Translations under genes and position numbers: made by a program
Source of the DNA: an uncultured delta proteobacterium
GTDB lineage: Bacteria; Desulfobacterota; Binatia; UBA9968
DNA length: 64,000 nt
Assembly (NCBI GenBank): GCA_963745835.1
Contig: CAVUZH010000020.1
Span: 128,001-192,000, forward strand
Direction of reading: 5' to 3'
Notes under the pieces: generated by a model
Seen by the model: the letters and a program-made list of their open reading frames with translations, nothing else
Told to the model about the DNA's origin: nothing
Database searches by the model: none
Shown: piece by piece, positions 1 to 14,347 of the stretch
Position numbering within the stretch: position 1 is the stretch's first letter
How the letters are laid out: every line of letters starts with the position of its first letter

Positions 1-1714
<1,714 letters not shown>

Positions 1715-1778
1715 GGAGCGGTCAATCAAAGATTGAACGTTGCCGGCAGAGCAGGTTCAAGTTGAGTCAGCGGTTCTC

Positions 1779-2591
1779 TTAAGAGGTTCGGGCAGGGCGC
1801 GGCCTGTCGATATTACCCTGAGATCTCGAATCTTGTTTGTCGATTGGCTTGGATTCTTCTTTCCTCTTACGATCCCCTTCAGGAATTATGAGTAACCGTC
1901 TATAGGATCCTTGGCCAAGGCTTTTGGTTGTGATCCAAGGATCGTCCTGTAGCGCGGCGTGAACAATGCGCCGATCAGCCGCGCTCAGAGCATCTACGGT
2001 TACCGTCTTTCGTTGTCGTTTGGCTTTTTCACCGAGGCGCAACGCCATGTCTTCGAGCGATTTTTTCCGCCGTTGACGATAATTCTCGATATCGACCAGG
2101 ATGTGCGGCCCCTCGCTTCCTTGTCGGTCCCCGGCGATGCGCGTCACGAGGTACTGCAAAGCTTCCAGGGTTTGACCTTTGCGCCCGATCAGCAGGCCGC
2201 TATCATCACAGATGACTTCCAAAACGATCTCGTCGGCTTTGTCGCCGGTCTTAGCCTGCACAGATGCTTCGATTCCCATTCTTTTCAGGATTTCATTCAG
2301 CACGCCTTTGGCCTTTTCGCCAATAGCGGCGGTTTCCGCCTCGGTTAAGGGCTTGGCAGCTGCGCTTGCAACCACCCCGGGATCCGGTGCCGGCTCGAGA
2401 TGGTTCGCTTCGACGGGAGGTCTTCTTAGGGACGCCCGCACCCGCGCTTTTTGAGTGCCAAAACCAAGGATGCCGCGTTTTCCTTCGGACAGTATTTCTA
2501 TGCTAATTTTGTCACGCTCAACGCCGAGACGTACCAGGGCGTTCTCGATGGCTTGATCGATGGTGTCCCCTTCGGTTTCCACGTAATCCAT
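1779..2591 (-). CDS. jag: Jag/EloR (KhpB) RNA-binding protein (Jag_N, KH, R3H)
   Basis: LLIGRKGQTLEALQYL KH motif and RRIVH R3H motif; located after yidC. Confidence 0.95.
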   Translation of the reverse strand: MDYVETEGDTIDQAIENALVRLGVERDKISIEILSEGKRGILGFGTQKARVRASLRRPPVEANHLEPAPDPGVVASAAAKPLTEAETAAIGEKAKGVLNEILKRMGIEASVQAKTGDKADEIVLEVICDDSGLLIGRKGQTLEALQYLVTRIAGDRQGSEGPHILVDIENYRQRRKKSLEDMALRLGEKAKRQRKTVTVDALSAADRRIVHAALQDDPWITTKSLGQGSYRRLLIIPEGDRKRKEESKPIDKQDSRSQGNIDRPRPARTS

Positions 2592-2614
2592 ACAAGATAT
2601 ACCTCGCTAACAGC

Positions 2615-4231
2615 CTACTTCACGCTGCGATTAATCCACCACTGTTGGGCGATCGAAAGAACATTATTGATCAGCCAGTAGATAGTTAGCCCTGCCGGAA
2701 AGGTTACGAACATAAAGGTAAATATCAGCGGCATCATCAGCATTAGCTTTCGCTGATTGGGGTCTCCCGCAGTCGGGGTCATCCATTGCTGAATGAACAT
2801 ACTAGCCCCCATCAGTATCGTAAGCACGGGAACGCCCAGATGCCAACCGGCAAATTCGAACGGCAGCGATTGCCAATCGGGCTTGGAAAGGTCGTTAATC
2901 CACAGAAATGGTGCATGGCGTAGCTCGATTGGTATGTAGAGCGCATTATAAAGGCCGATAAAAACCGGAAACTGCACGACCATCGGCAGACAACCGCCGA
3001 GCGGGTTGACCCCGTTGCGCCGGTACATTTCCATGATCTCTTTGTTCAGTTTCTCCCGATCGTCCTTAAATTTTTCTTTCAACCGTTCCATTTGTGGCTG
3101 AAGCTTTTGCATCTGCTTCATGGAAGCATAGCTCTTGTGCGTCAGCGGCGCCGTTAATATCTTGAGTAGCACGGTCAGAAGGATGATGTCGATTCCATAG
3201 CTGCGGGTGAACTGGTGAAAGAAATGCAGAATGTATAGAAACGGAATTGAGATAAATCCGAAGTAGCCAAAGTCGATGGCCTTCTCCATTCCCTTGCCAA
3301 TGGATTCCAGGACGTTCAACTCTTTCGGCCCGACAAACAAGGTATAACGGCTGGGCTCGGGCTTGCCGGTTGGTTCAGCGACGGTGAGGATCAGGGCCGG
3401 TCCGGACTGTTGCACGCCCGCTCTGTAGCCGACACCATTCTCTGGCACCAGCGCCATGATAAAATAAGTAAATCCGAATCCCGCCCACGAAAGCTCGCCG
3501 GGGAATTCTTTGCCCTTCCTGAGCTCATCGCTGACTGGTTCACGCTTGACCTTGTCATCGACCACTGTGAGAAAGCCTTCGAACGGCGCGTCCGCATTGG
3601 GATCCTCATACTGGTTGGGAGCGGTGAGCAAAGCCGCGATGGTTAAAGCGCTGCCATCTGAAGCTCGGGCGTCAAGCTCGAGCCCGATCGGGTACTGCGC
3701 TCCGGCAAAGTTCAGTTTTTTGGTGATCGTCATTCCATCTGGAGCGGTTCCCTGGAAGGTTAAAGTTCCCTCGGCCTCACCACTGAGTTTAAGGTCGCCG
3801 CCATCGACTCGATAAATGATCGACGCATCATCGGTTGGCATCGCGCTGTTCCACTTCACTCCTAGAGGATAAGGTACTCCCGGCACCGTCGCGATCATTT
3901 CAAATGGCGGACTGTTGGGATCTGCGGTAGCCTGATAGTGCTTGAACTTAAAACTTTTAAGTCGCGCCCCCTGGTTGGTAAAGAGAGCAATGTAATTATC
4001 GGTTTCAACGCGAATGTCTTGGATCTGTTTTCCAGCCGGTGTTGGCGCTGGCTTAATCTCGGCGGGTGCCGATGGAGCTACCGAGTCAGCAGTTGGTGCT
4101 TTCGCTGCTTCTGTTTTCTGCTCTGCCGGAGGTTGCGGCGGAGGTGTCGGGTACTGGCGGCTGATCCATTCCTGGTAGAGCACCAGGACCAATAAAGAAA
4201 GAGCGATCGCTAGAAAGGCACGTTTTTCCAT
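2615..4231 (-). CDS. yidC: Membrane protein insertase YidC
   Basis: N-terminal TM, periplasmic domain, NPLGGCLP and FPAGLTIYWLINN motifs; synteny. Confidence 0.97.
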   Translation of the reverse strand: MEKRAFLAIALSLLVLVLYQEWISRQYPTPPPQPPAEQKTEAAKAPTADSVAPSAPAEIKPAPTPAGKQIQDIRVETDNYIALFTNQGARLKSFKFKHYQATADPNSPPFEMIATVPGVPYPLGVKWNSAMPTDDASIIYRVDGGDLKLSGEAEGTLTFQGTAPDGMTITKKLNFAGAQYPIGLELDARASDGSALTIAALLTAPNQYEDPNADAPFEGFLTVVDDKVKREPVSDELRKGKEFPGELSWAGFGFTYFIMALVPENGVGYRAGVQQSGPALILTVAEPTGKPEPSRYTLFVGPKELNVLESIGKGMEKAIDFGYFGFISIPFLYILHFFHQFTRSYGIDIILLTVLLKILTAPLTHKSYASMKQMQKLQPQMERLKEKFKDDREKLNKEIMEMYRRNGVNPLGGCLPMVVQFPVFIGLYNALYIPIELRHAPFLWINDLSKPDWQSLPFEFAGWHLGVPVLTILMGASMFIQQWMTPTAGDPNQRKLMLMMPLIFTFMFVTFPAGLTIYWLINNVLSIAQQWWINRSVK

Positions 4232-4233
4232 TA

Positions 4234-4464
4234 TTATTTTATTGAATCAACCGGATCATAGCCGCCGGGGTGCCACGGATGGCAGCGGCTAAGCCGCCTT
4301 ACGCCAAGCGATGCTCCCTTGAGCAAACCATATTTGTAAATCGCTTCGGAAGCGTAGACAGAACAACTCGGGAAAAAACGACATGCTTCTGGCAAGAATG
4401 GCGAGATAAGTCGATGATAAACACCCAAGATGCCGGTGATGACGTGTCGAAAGAATCCTACCAT
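4234..4464 (-). CDS. yidD: Membrane protein insertion efficiency factor YidD
   Basis: CRFFPSCS and [13 protein letters not shown] motifs. ATG at 4464 overlaps the rnpA stop (TAATG). Confidence 0.93.
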   Translation of the reverse strand: MVGFFRHVITGILGVYHRLISPFLPEACRFFPSCSVYASEAIYKYGLLKGASLGVRRLSRCHPWHPGGYDPVDSIK

Positions 4465-4826
4465 TAATGCTTGCACGGCCGGCTCTCGGTAACGCATCGA
4501 CGGATTTCGCTAGCCACAGCTGAGAACGAGAGTTTGGCTGCTCCTGGTCTAGCTATGACGAGTATATCCCGCGGCGGCACAATTTGATGATTCCACTGTC
4601 GAAAGGACTCCCTGAGCAATCGCTTTACTCGATTGCGAACGACCGCATTACCCACCTTCGAACTAACGGTAATTCCCAAGCGGGCTTCAGATCGATCGGT
4701 TTCTCTCGTAATGACTACGAAATTAGCGGTGTGCTGCTTTTTGCCGGAGCGCGAGAGCTGGATAAATTCCGGTCGTTTCCTAAGGCGGGCTTGTTTGGGA
4801 AAACCCGCGCCGACCGCACTTGGCAT
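4464..4826 (-). CDS. rnpA: Ribonuclease P protein component
   Basis: [25 protein letters not shown] (RNR motif); synteny. Confidence 0.96.
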   Translation of the reverse strand: MPSAVGAGFPKQARLRKRPEFIQLSRSGKKQHTANFVVITRETDRSEARLGITVSSKVGNAVVRNRVKRLLRESFRQWNHQIVPPRDILVIARPGAAKLSFSAVASEIRRCVTESRPCKH

Positions 4827-4828
4827 AT

Positions 4829-4990
4829 CTAGGTTCTAGCCCGTTTCGGTGGCACGACGACCGTTAGTTTCTTCCTTCCTTTGGCGCGACGGCGCCTTAG
4901 AACGTTACGACCACCCGGGGTCTCCATTCGAGTCAAAAACCCATGTGTCCGTTTTCGCTTGATATTGCTTGGTTGATAAGTTCTTTTCAT
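4829..4990 (-). CDS. rpmH: 50S ribosomal protein L34
   Basis: Below the ORF-track cutoff. Manual translation [53 protein letters not shown] (53 aa). Confidence 0.97.
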   Translation of the reverse strand: MKRTYQPSNIKRKRTHGFLTRMETPGGRNVLRRRRAKGRKKLTVVVPPKRART

Positions 4991-5173
4991 GATGACTTTG
5001 CTCCGTCGTCTACATCAGATATTCAACTGGCTTGCCGCGCAAGAAATCCGCTCGCGAAAGTTCAATCAGCGGAAATGTACGGAAACATGAGCAATACGCG
5101 ATTGGGCACTACCAACAAAAGTGGGCTTTTCGCGGCTAAGCTATTTGAATCATACAGAGTTGGCATTGTCAAT

Positions 5174-6181
5174 TTAGGCTTGTTCAGCCTTAAGGGAACG
5201 CTGCATCAGATCCCGAACCCCCTCTGAAGGCTTCTTGCCTTCATGAATGATCCGGTACATTTGCTCGACAATGGGCATTTCAACGCCTAGCTTTTGTGCC
5301 AAAAAATAAACCGAACGAGCGTTGCGAATGCCTTCCGCCACCATCCGCGAGCCGTGGCTTATTTCTTCAAGGCTCTTGCCGGCGCCGATTTGCAACCCGA
5401 CTTGCCGATTTCGGCTCAACGCGCCAGTGCAGGTGAGGAGCAGATCGCCAACTCCCGGCAAACCAGCCAGGGTCAACGGCTCTGCTCCCATTCTGACCGC
5501 CAACCGCGTCATTTCAGCCAGGCCCCGGGTAATCAACGCTGCGCGCGCATTATGCCCCAACCCCAAGCCGTCGCTGATGCCTGCAGCTATGGCGATAACG
5601 TTCTTGATCACGCCTCCCATCTGCACGCCGATCACATCTTTCGAGGTATAGGCGCGAAGGCTTGCGGTACTAAGAAGTGTTTGGATTTCGGCGGCGATCT
5701 TTTCGGAGTACGCGGCTACGGTCAACGCCGCGGGTAACCCCTGAGCAACCTCGATTGCGAAGGTTGGCCCGGAGATGAATGCTAGTCTTTGGGCGGCGCG
5801 GCTACCGAAGATTTCTAGTAAAACCTCGCCCATGGTTTTCGAAGTCTCCTCTTCCAATCCCTTGGTGCCACAGATGATGATCGCGTGCGAATTGACATGA
5901 GAGAATGCCTCGCTCATGACTTGCCGTACGGCGTGAGATGGCACAGCGCAGCACACAACTTCTTTGCCCGTCACTGCCTCATCCAGGGAGCGGGTCACGT
6001 TTACGTTATCGGGGATCGTAATCCCGGTTAAGTAACTGCGGTTCTGTTTCGTTTCCGCTAATTCACGATAGGTTTGTGCGCCATGACACCAGAGGGATAC
6101 TGCGAGCCCCTTCTGTCCCAAGACGGTGGCCAACGCGGTGCCCCAACCACCAGCGCCGATGATACTAATCAGCTTTGCCAT
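5174..6181 (-). CDS. gpsA: NAD(P)H-dependent glycerol-3-phosphate dehydrogenase
   Basis: GAGGWGTALA, SGPTFA, KNVIAIAAG and GDLLLTC...SRN motifs. Confidence 0.96.
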   Translation of the reverse strand: MAKLISIIGAGGWGTALATVLGQKGLAVSLWCHGAQTYRELAETKQNRSYLTGITIPDNVNVTRSLDEAVTGKEVVCCAVPSHAVRQVMSEAFSHVNSHAIIICGTKGLEEETSKTMGEVLLEIFGSRAAQRLAFISGPTFAIEVAQGLPAALTVAAYSEKIAAEIQTLLSTASLRAYTSKDVIGVQMGGVIKNVIAIAAGISDGLGLGHNARAALITRGLAEMTRLAVRMGAEPLTLAGLPGVGDLLLTCTGALSRNRQVGLQIGAGKSLEEISHGSRMVAEGIRNARSVYFLAQKLGVEMPIVEQMYRIIHEGKKPSEGVRDLMQRSLKAEQA

Positions 6182-6222
6182 GACTCGTTGATGACCCGCT
6201 CGACAGATTTAAATAGTGACCG

Positions 6223-6265
6223 GATTCATCCCACTTTCAGATGAATCGGACATCGAAGATGTCCG
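6223..6265. other. Tandem stem-loops between gyrA and gpsA
   Basis: GATTCATC-9nt-GATGAATC abutting CGGACATC-GAA-GATGTCCG, just downstream of the gyrA stop. No clear U-tract. Confidence 0.5.
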
Positions 6266-6272
6266 GGGAAGG

Positions 6273-8726
6273 CTATTCCGTCTCTTCCTCGTCTTCTTCT
6301 TTTTCGGCCAACCGCGCCAACGAGACCACTCGCTCCCCCTCCTCGACATCGATAAGACGCACTCCTTGTGTGTTGCGTCCGATTACCCGAATGTCTCTCA
6401 TGCGCAGGCGAATGATCTTACCGTTATTGGTCACAAGCATTAGCTGATCGTCGTCGGTAACTTGTTGTCCGCCAACTATACGCCCGGTCTTTTCGGTGGC
6501 CTTCATCGTAATGATGCCCTTGCCGCCACGCGATTGGAGACGATACTCTTCCATCTCCGTGCGCTTGCCATAGCCCTTCTCCGAGACAGTCAAAATACTG
6601 GCACCGCGATTGAGCATCTCCATACTGACCACAGCGTCGCCTGAATCAAGACGGATTCCGAGCACGCCATAAGTTCCGCGCCCGGTCGGTCGGACCTGAT
6701 CCTCCTTGAAGCGGATGGACTGGCCATCCAGGGTCGATAGAATCAGCTCCTGCTGCCCATCGGTAAGCCGCACACCGATTACCTCATCACCGTCTTCGAG
6801 GCCAATGGCGCGTATTCCGGACGCCCGCGGATTGGAATACAACATTAGATCGGTTTTTTTGACCGCGCCCTTCTTTGTTGCAAAAACAATAAACCGGCCC
6901 TCGACGAACTCCCGAACCGAAAGGAAAGCCGAGACCCTTTCACCCGGTTCTAAATTCAGCAGGTTGACGATGGGCTTTCCTTTCGCAGCGCGGCTGGCCT
7001 GTGGCAGTTCATGAAGCTTCACCCGGTAAACCTTGCCGGTAGTGGTGAAAAACAGAATATAAGAGTGCATCGAGGCGATGATTAAGTATTCGACGAAATC
7101 CTCCTCTTTGGTCGTCGTGCCGATCTTTCCTTTACCGCCGCGCCGCTGCGCGCGGTATAAAGTCACCGGGTTGCGCTTGATGTAACCCTCGTGCGAGATG
7201 GTTACGGCCATCTCTTCATCGACGATCATGTCCTCGATGGAAATTTCTTCGGAGCGGGCAACGATTTGCGTCCGCCGCTCGTCGCCGAATTTTTCCTTGA
7301 TATCTTTGAGCTCCGTGACGATGATTTTATAAATTTCTTTTTCATCGGCCAAAATCGCCAGCAGCTTGGTTATCAGTTCGACCGTTTCCTTATGTTCTTG
7401 AAGAATTTTGTCGCGCTCGAGGCCGGTCAATCTCTGTAGGCGCATATCGAGAATCGCCTGCGCCTGAAGTTCCGATAACCCGAAACTGGCCACCAGGCCC
7501 TCTTTAGCCGCCTTGGGATCGTTAGCGTTGCGGATAAGGGTGATCACCGCATCGAGATTATCCAGCGCAATCCTTAGACCTTCTAAAATATGCAGGCGTT
7601 CTTCGGCTTTACGTAGATCGAAAGCGGTGCGCCGGGTAACGACCTCTTTGCGATGATCCAAAAACGCCCGGAGCGCATCGCGAAGGTTGAGAAGCTTTGG
7701 CCGTCCGTCGACGATCGCCAGCATGTTGATACCGAAGGACTCTTGCAGCGAAGTATGCTTATAGAGCTGATTTATGATTATTTCTGACACCGCGTCGCGC
7801 TTTAGCTCAATGACGATGCGCATGCCCTCACGATCCGATTCGTCACGCAGATCGGAGATTCCTTCGATTTTTTTCTCCTGCACCAAGGCGGCAATTTGCT
7901 CGATGAGCCGCACTTTGTTGACCATGAAAGGAATTTCACTGATGATAATCTGTTCTTTTCCGGTGCGTTTGAGCGTTTCGGTGAACGCTTTACCACGCAT
8001 CTGAACGATGCCTTTGCCCTCGCTGTAGGCTTGAACAATGGGTTCTTTGCCGTGAATGAAACCGGCAGTTGGAAAATCCGGCCCGGGAATATATTTCATC
8101 AACTCTTTGATTGTCGTCCCAGGGTTATCGACCAAGGCGACAAGCCCATCGACGATTTCGCCGATATTGTGCGGCGGAATGTTAGTCGCCATTCCAACTG
8201 CGATTCCAGATGCGCCGTTGACCAGGAGATTAGGAATGCGCGACGGTAGAACCGCCGGTTCTTTTAAGGAATCATCATAGTTGGGAATGAAATCGACGGT
8301 ATCCTTCTCGATGTCGGCGAGGATCTCTTCGGCGAGACGAGCCATTCGGATTTCGGTGTAACGCATGGCCGCCGGGGAGTCGCCATCGACCGAACCGAAA
8401 TTGCCTTGGCCATCGATAAACGGGTAACGCATGACGAAGTCCTGCGCCATCCGGACAATCGTGTCATAAACCGCGGTGTCACCGTGGGGGTGATACTTAC
8501 CGATGATATCTCCCACCAGACGGGCGGATTTCTTGTACGGCTTGTCCCAGGTATTGCCCATGTCGTACATGGCGTAGAGCACTCGCCGGTGGACCGGCTT
8601 GAGCCCGTCACGGACGTCGGGCAACGCCCGGCCGACAATGACGCTCATGGCATAGTCCATGTAGGACTGACGCATCTCGTCTTCGATATAGACCGGTACT
8701 TTTTGCGACTTTAATGATGCTTCCAT
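6273..8726 (-). CDS. gyrA: DNA gyrase subunit A
   Basis: [26 protein letters not shown] (catalytic Tyr), GyrA box QRRGGKG and an acidic tail. Confidence 0.98.
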   Translation of the reverse strand: MEASLKSQKVPVYIEDEMRQSYMDYAMSVIVGRALPDVRDGLKPVHRRVLYAMYDMGNTWDKPYKKSARLVGDIIGKYHPHGDTAVYDTIVRMAQDFVMRYPFIDGQGNFGSVDGDSPAAMRYTEIRMARLAEEILADIEKDTVDFIPNYDDSLKEPAVLPSRIPNLLVNGASGIAVGMATNIPPHNIGEIVDGLVALVDNPGTTIKELMKYIPGPDFPTAGFIHGKEPIVQAYSEGKGIVQMRGKAFTETLKRTGKEQIIISEIPFMVNKVRLIEQIAALVQEKKIEGISDLRDESDREGMRIVIELKRDAVSEIIINQLYKHTSLQESFGINMLAIVDGRPKLLNLRDALRAFLDHRKEVVTRRTAFDLRKAEERLHILEGLRIALDNLDAVITLIRNANDPKAAKEGLVASFGLSELQAQAILDMRLQRLTGLERDKILQEHKETVELITKLLAILADEKEIYKIIVTELKDIKEKFGDERRTQIVARSEEISIEDMIVDEEMAVTISHEGYIKRNPVTLYRAQRRGGKGKIGTTTKEEDFVEYLIIASMHSYILFFTTTGKVYRVKLHELPQASRAAKGKPIVNLLNLEPGERVSAFLSVREFVEGRFIVFATKKGAVKKTDLMLYSNPRASGIRAIGLEDGDEVIGVRLTDGQQELILSTLDGQSIRFKEDQVRPTGRGTYGVLGIRLDSGDAVVSMEMLNRGASILTVSEKGYGKRTEMEEYRLQSRGGKGIITMKATEKTGRIVGGQQVTDDDQLMLVTNNGKIIRLRMRDIRVIGRNTQGVRLIDVEEGERVVSLARLAEKEEDEEETE

Positions 8727-8784
8727 AAATTTAAACGGGATTTATAACTAATGTCGTTCGTTCGGCAGTCTGAACTGTGGCTGC

Positions 8785-8904
8785 GGCTGCTCAAAAGATT
8801 CACTGACGAGGAGTGGGAAAATCGCCCAGCGGAAGCGTACTTTAAGCAGTACGTGTAGCGAGGCGATCGCGTGCGACGAAGCCTATGAGTCTTTTCCAGC
8901 AGCC
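8785..8904. repeat. ~120-bp palindromic MITE/REP-like element between gyrB and gyrA
   Basis: Imperfect terminal inverted repeats GGCTGCTCAAAAGATTCA (8785-8802) and TGAGTCTTTTCCAGCAGCC (8886-8904), with an inner CGTAC-N8-GTACG palindrome. Ends next to the CTAG containing the gyrB stop. Confidence 0.7.
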
Positions 8905-8906
8905 TG

Positions 8907-11348
<2,442 letters not shown>

Positions 11349-11570
11349 TCAACTGAAATATTGCCTGGAAAGTTCTGAGGTTAGACCCAAATTGAGACTG
11401 TAGACATAGTACCTCAAACGCGCCCGAAAGTAAAGTCAAAAGTGTCCTCTAAACTAGTGATTTATTTGGAGAATATATTAATCTGCAGTCCCTCTACTGA
11501 AACCGCGCCGGAAGATGTGGAATTGCGCTGCCGTTGACAGCCCCGCGTCTCTAAGAGAAAAGGAAACCGC

Positions 11571-12278
11571 ATGAAGAGCATTGTCGCTGCGTTCAAATTT
11601 CTTACGTTTTTAGGCCGGTTTATACGCTTCCCGCCGAGCGCTCCGATGGTGGGTCAAGCGGCGGCGCTTTTCCCTATCGTTGGTTTAGTGCTCGGCTTGA
11701 GTTTAGCGCTGCTCGCGCGCGCACTTCAAAACTATGTGGATGTCGAAATTCTCAGCACGACGTTAGTGGCTTTTCTGGTACTAGCCACCGGCGCTCTTCA
11801 CCTAGAAGGCTTGAAGAAAACCTTCGATGCGCCAGGGGTAAGGCCAAGCGCAGGGAGCGAGTCATCGAGCAGCGCTGTTGGGATTGTTGCGATCCTTGTC
11901 GTGATCCTTTTCAAAATTAAGGCCATCGATATTCTAGAAGAAAAGCTCACACTCGCATTACTCCTCACGCCTGTAATGGCGCGTTGGGCGATGGTCGTTT
12001 TCATCTACGGCTCATACCGCCACAGCGAAGGGGAGGCCAGTATTATCGCGGCAAACGTCAGATTCTGGCACGTTGCGTTTGTAACGATTGCGACACTCGC
12101 GCCGGCAAGTTACTTACTCGGCCGCAACGCCCTTTGGATCGGGCTTTCTCTTTCGATTCTGAGCCTGCTTTGTCGAGCTCTGTTCCACAAGCAAACCGGC
12201 GCGCTGACCCGTGACAACTACGGCGCCGTGGTCGAAGGGAGCGAAGCCTTGAGCCTGGTTCTGATGGCATCCCTCTGA
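11571..12278 (+). CDS. CobS-like membrane protein with degenerate catalytic motifs
   Basis: AAFKFLT...FPIVG...TGALHLEGLKKTFDA...GALTRDNYGAVVE aligns by eye with the CobS at 22880. Confidence 0.8.
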   Translation: MKSIVAAFKFLTFLGRFIRFPPSAPMVGQAAALFPIVGLVLGLSLALLARALQNYVDVEILSTTLVAFLVLATGALHLEGLKKTFDAPGVRPSAGSESSSSAVGIVAILVVILFKIKAIDILEEKLTLALLLTPVMARWAMVVFIYGSYRHSEGEASIIAANVRFWHVAFVTIATLAPASYLLGRNALWIGLSLSILSLLCRALFHKQTGALTRDNYGAVVEGSEALSLVLMASL

Positions 12279-12286
12279 GTTTCAGA

Positions 12287-13171
12287 ATGTCCGACATGGA
12301 ACTCTTCACTCCGCTTTACCCGGTTGTTCCAGTATTTGTGCTAATCACCATTGGCTTTTGCTTCGCCCATTGGAAGAAAATCACTCTGCTTCCGATCACG
12401 GAGCTGATTGTTTACTTGGGGACGCCTTCTCTGGTGTTTACCTCTTTGGCTAGTAAACCGATCTTGATAAACGATATCCTTGTCTTAGCAGGCGGCGTTC
12501 TTTTAATCTTTATCGGTGTAGGATTTCTGATCCGGCTCTACTTCTCTTTGTTTCGATTCAGCTCCCGCGGTTTTGCTTTACCCGTGTTGTTCATGAACGC
12601 GGGCAATATGGGCATTCCACTGGCACTGTTCGCCTTCGGCGAGCCCGGCATGCAACGTGCCACGTTGATGTTTGTGATCATTACGTTTCTGCAATACTCG
12701 CTGGGCATTTACCTGTTGAGCGGGCGCGGCAACTGGAGCGAGATTTTTCGTTTGCCGTTGATCTACGCAACCATTGCCGGTTTAGGCTTGAACCTTAGCC
12801 GGATGACGATTCCGGAACTGCTCTTCCAACCAATATCGATGCTCGGTCAAGCAACCATTCCAATAATGCTTGTCAGCCTGGGATACCGCCTGCATGAATT
12901 TCAGTCGTTTAAATGGCGCCACGCCTTTGGCGGCGCTCTTGTTCGGATATTCGGTGGGTTTATGACGGCGGCTATCGTGGTTCAATTGATCGCTGCCGAA
13001 GGCGTCAATCGCCAGGTATTGCTGCTTTACGGCGCTCTCCCGGCAGCAGTGATCAATTTCGTGCTCACCGAAAAGTATGGCAAGGATCCGGAGCTCGCTG
13101 CCTCCATAGTCGTTTTGAGCACTTTCATTTCAGTGGTCACGATCCCGATTGTATTTTGGTTGATCCTTTGA
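12287..13171 (+). CDS. AEC (auxin efflux carrier / malate permease) family transporter
   Basis: About 10 hydrophobic segments; FMNAGNMGIPL and LPAAV...PELAASIV..ST motifs. Confidence 0.88.
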   Translation: MSDMELFTPLYPVVPVFVLITIGFCFAHWKKITLLPITELIVYLGTPSLVFTSLASKPILINDILVLAGGVLLIFIGVGFLIRLYFSLFRFSSRGFALPVLFMNAGNMGIPLALFAFGEPGMQRATLMFVIITFLQYSLGIYLLSGRGNWSEIFRLPLIYATIAGLGLNLSRMTIPELLFQPISMLGQATIPIMLVSLGYRLHEFQSFKWRHAFGGALVRIFGGFMTAAIVVQLIAAEGVNRQVLLLYGALPAAVINFVLTEKYGKDPELAASIVVLSTFISVVTIPIVFWLIL

Positions 13172-13223
13172 CCATTCCTATGCGCCCGGCTCATCACTCC
13201 AGCCATTCAATGATCAACTATTG

Positions 13224-13252
13224 TTGACAATTTCCAGCTCACCAGGTAGTTT
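13224..13252 (+). promoter_or_regulatory. Sigma70-type promoter for riboswitch 1 and tonB
   Basis: TTGACA-N17-TAGTTT directly upstream of the riboswitch. A TCAAC-TATT-GTTGA palindrome (13214-13227) overlaps the -35. Confidence 0.65.
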
Positions 13253-13258
13253 CCGCGA

Positions 13259-13440
13259 CATCAGTCCGGTGCTCTAAGGTCAAAGGGAAGGCCGGTGCGA
13301 ATCCGGCGCGGTCCCGCCACTGTAATCGGGTAAGGTCTTTCGCTCAAGCCACTGTCCTGTGCGTTATCGCAGGATGGGAAGGCGTGAAAGGCAGGAGGAA
13401 AGCCTCTCCATACTCGTAAGCCAGGAGACCTCCTTCGAGC
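13259..13440 (+). ncRNA. Cobalamin riboswitch 1
   Basis: AAAGGGAA-GCCGGTGCGAATCCGGC-GCGGTCCCGCCACTGTAA...GCCACTG...GGGAAGGC...AAGCCAGGAGACCT (B12 box), upstream of B12 uptake genes. Confidence 0.95.
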
Positions 13441-13478
13441 CATAAACCGGCCTCTCCGGAAGAGAGAGAAAGGTTTTC

Positions 13479-13517
13479 ATGTATTTTCCCGAATCCCTCA
13501 ATGCCGCTGAGCAGTGA
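13479..13517 (+). CDS. Putative 12-codon leader ORF (MYFPESLNAAEQ) coupled to tonB
   Basis: ATG follows the riboswitch SD-like region (GAGAAAGG). Its TGA overlaps the tonB ATG (TGATG, 13515-13519). Confidence 0.4.
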   Translation: MYFPESLNAAEQ

Positions 13518-14311
13518 TGATCAGATCGGCCTCATTTTTTATTCTGTCTCTCGCTTTACACGCCACCGCATTGGTTTATCCCGTTTCTTTTCGTGGTAAA
13601 GGCCAGGTCGAGACCATTCAGGTAAAGATTCTGCCGATGGAGCAAGAAGCCGGCCGCGCTCAGGGCATTAGCGGAAATCAAGCGCCAAGGACCGATCGGA
13701 AATCGCGCCGCAACAGACCGTCTGCGGTTGGGCCAAAAGTCGAATCAAAGGTAAGCGCCGGTCCAGACTCACATGATCGACAGATTGAAGCGCCAACAAA
13801 GTTGGGCGACAGCAGCTCTACGTCACTTGCGGCAATCGAAAACTCTCCAGAGGCTGACGATATTAGGATGTCAGAATCGGCCGGCAATCACTTGCACAGC
13901 TACAGCACAGGTGGAATCAGAGATGGCATCGGAATCGGCAACGGCGGTGAAGCTTCGGCATCCTCCGGCACGGGCTCCGGACGCGGAAATGGTAGCGGAT
14001 CAGGGTCATCGGGTAATATCAGCACAGTAAGTCAAGCGCGCTATCACGATACGCCCAAACCGAATTATCCGGAAATCGCCCGCCGAGAGGGCCGGCAGGG
14101 CCGCGTGCTACTGCGCGTCCTTGTCGACGAACAAGGCCGAACCAAGACATTGGAGGTAACCAGCAGTTCCGGCAACGAAGCGTTGGACCGCGCCGCCGCC
14201 GAGGCAGTCAGACGATGGCATTTTCATCCGGCGCGCTACGACGATAAGGCCGTCGAGAGCTGGCTGCGGATTCCCATCGAGTTTCGGCTCGCGGATGCGA
14301 AATCTTGGTAA
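13514..14311 (+). CDS. tonB: Energy transducer TonB family protein
   Basis: N-terminal TM with SLALH (SxxxH), Gly/Ser-rich linker, and C-terminal P.YP..ARR.G.QG.V...SSG...LD.AA..AV..W.F.PA domain. Confidence 0.92.
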   Translation: MMIRSASFFILSLALHATALVYPVSFRGKGQVETIQVKILPMEQEAGRAQGISGNQAPRTDRKSRRNRPSAVGPKVESKVSAGPDSHDRQIEAPTKLGDSSSTSLAAIENSPEADDIRMSESAGNHLHSYSTGGIRDGIGIGNGGEASASSGTGSGRGNGSGSGSSGNISTVSQARYHDTPKPNYPEIARREGRQGRVLLRVLVDEQGRTKTLEVTSSSGNEALDRAAAEAVRRWHFHPARYDDKAVESWLRIPIEFRLADAKSW

Positions 14312-14347
14312 CTGTTTTTAGGAGGTTCATAGACAAGTTTAGTAACC

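Noticed and set aside
4991-5173. Possible oriC next to rpmH
   Set aside because: No DnaA boxes or AT-rich unwinding repeats seen, and no dnaA.
13900-14020. GGNNNN-like repeats in tonB
   Set aside because: Encode an ordinary Gly/Ser-rich linker; not a DNA repeat element.
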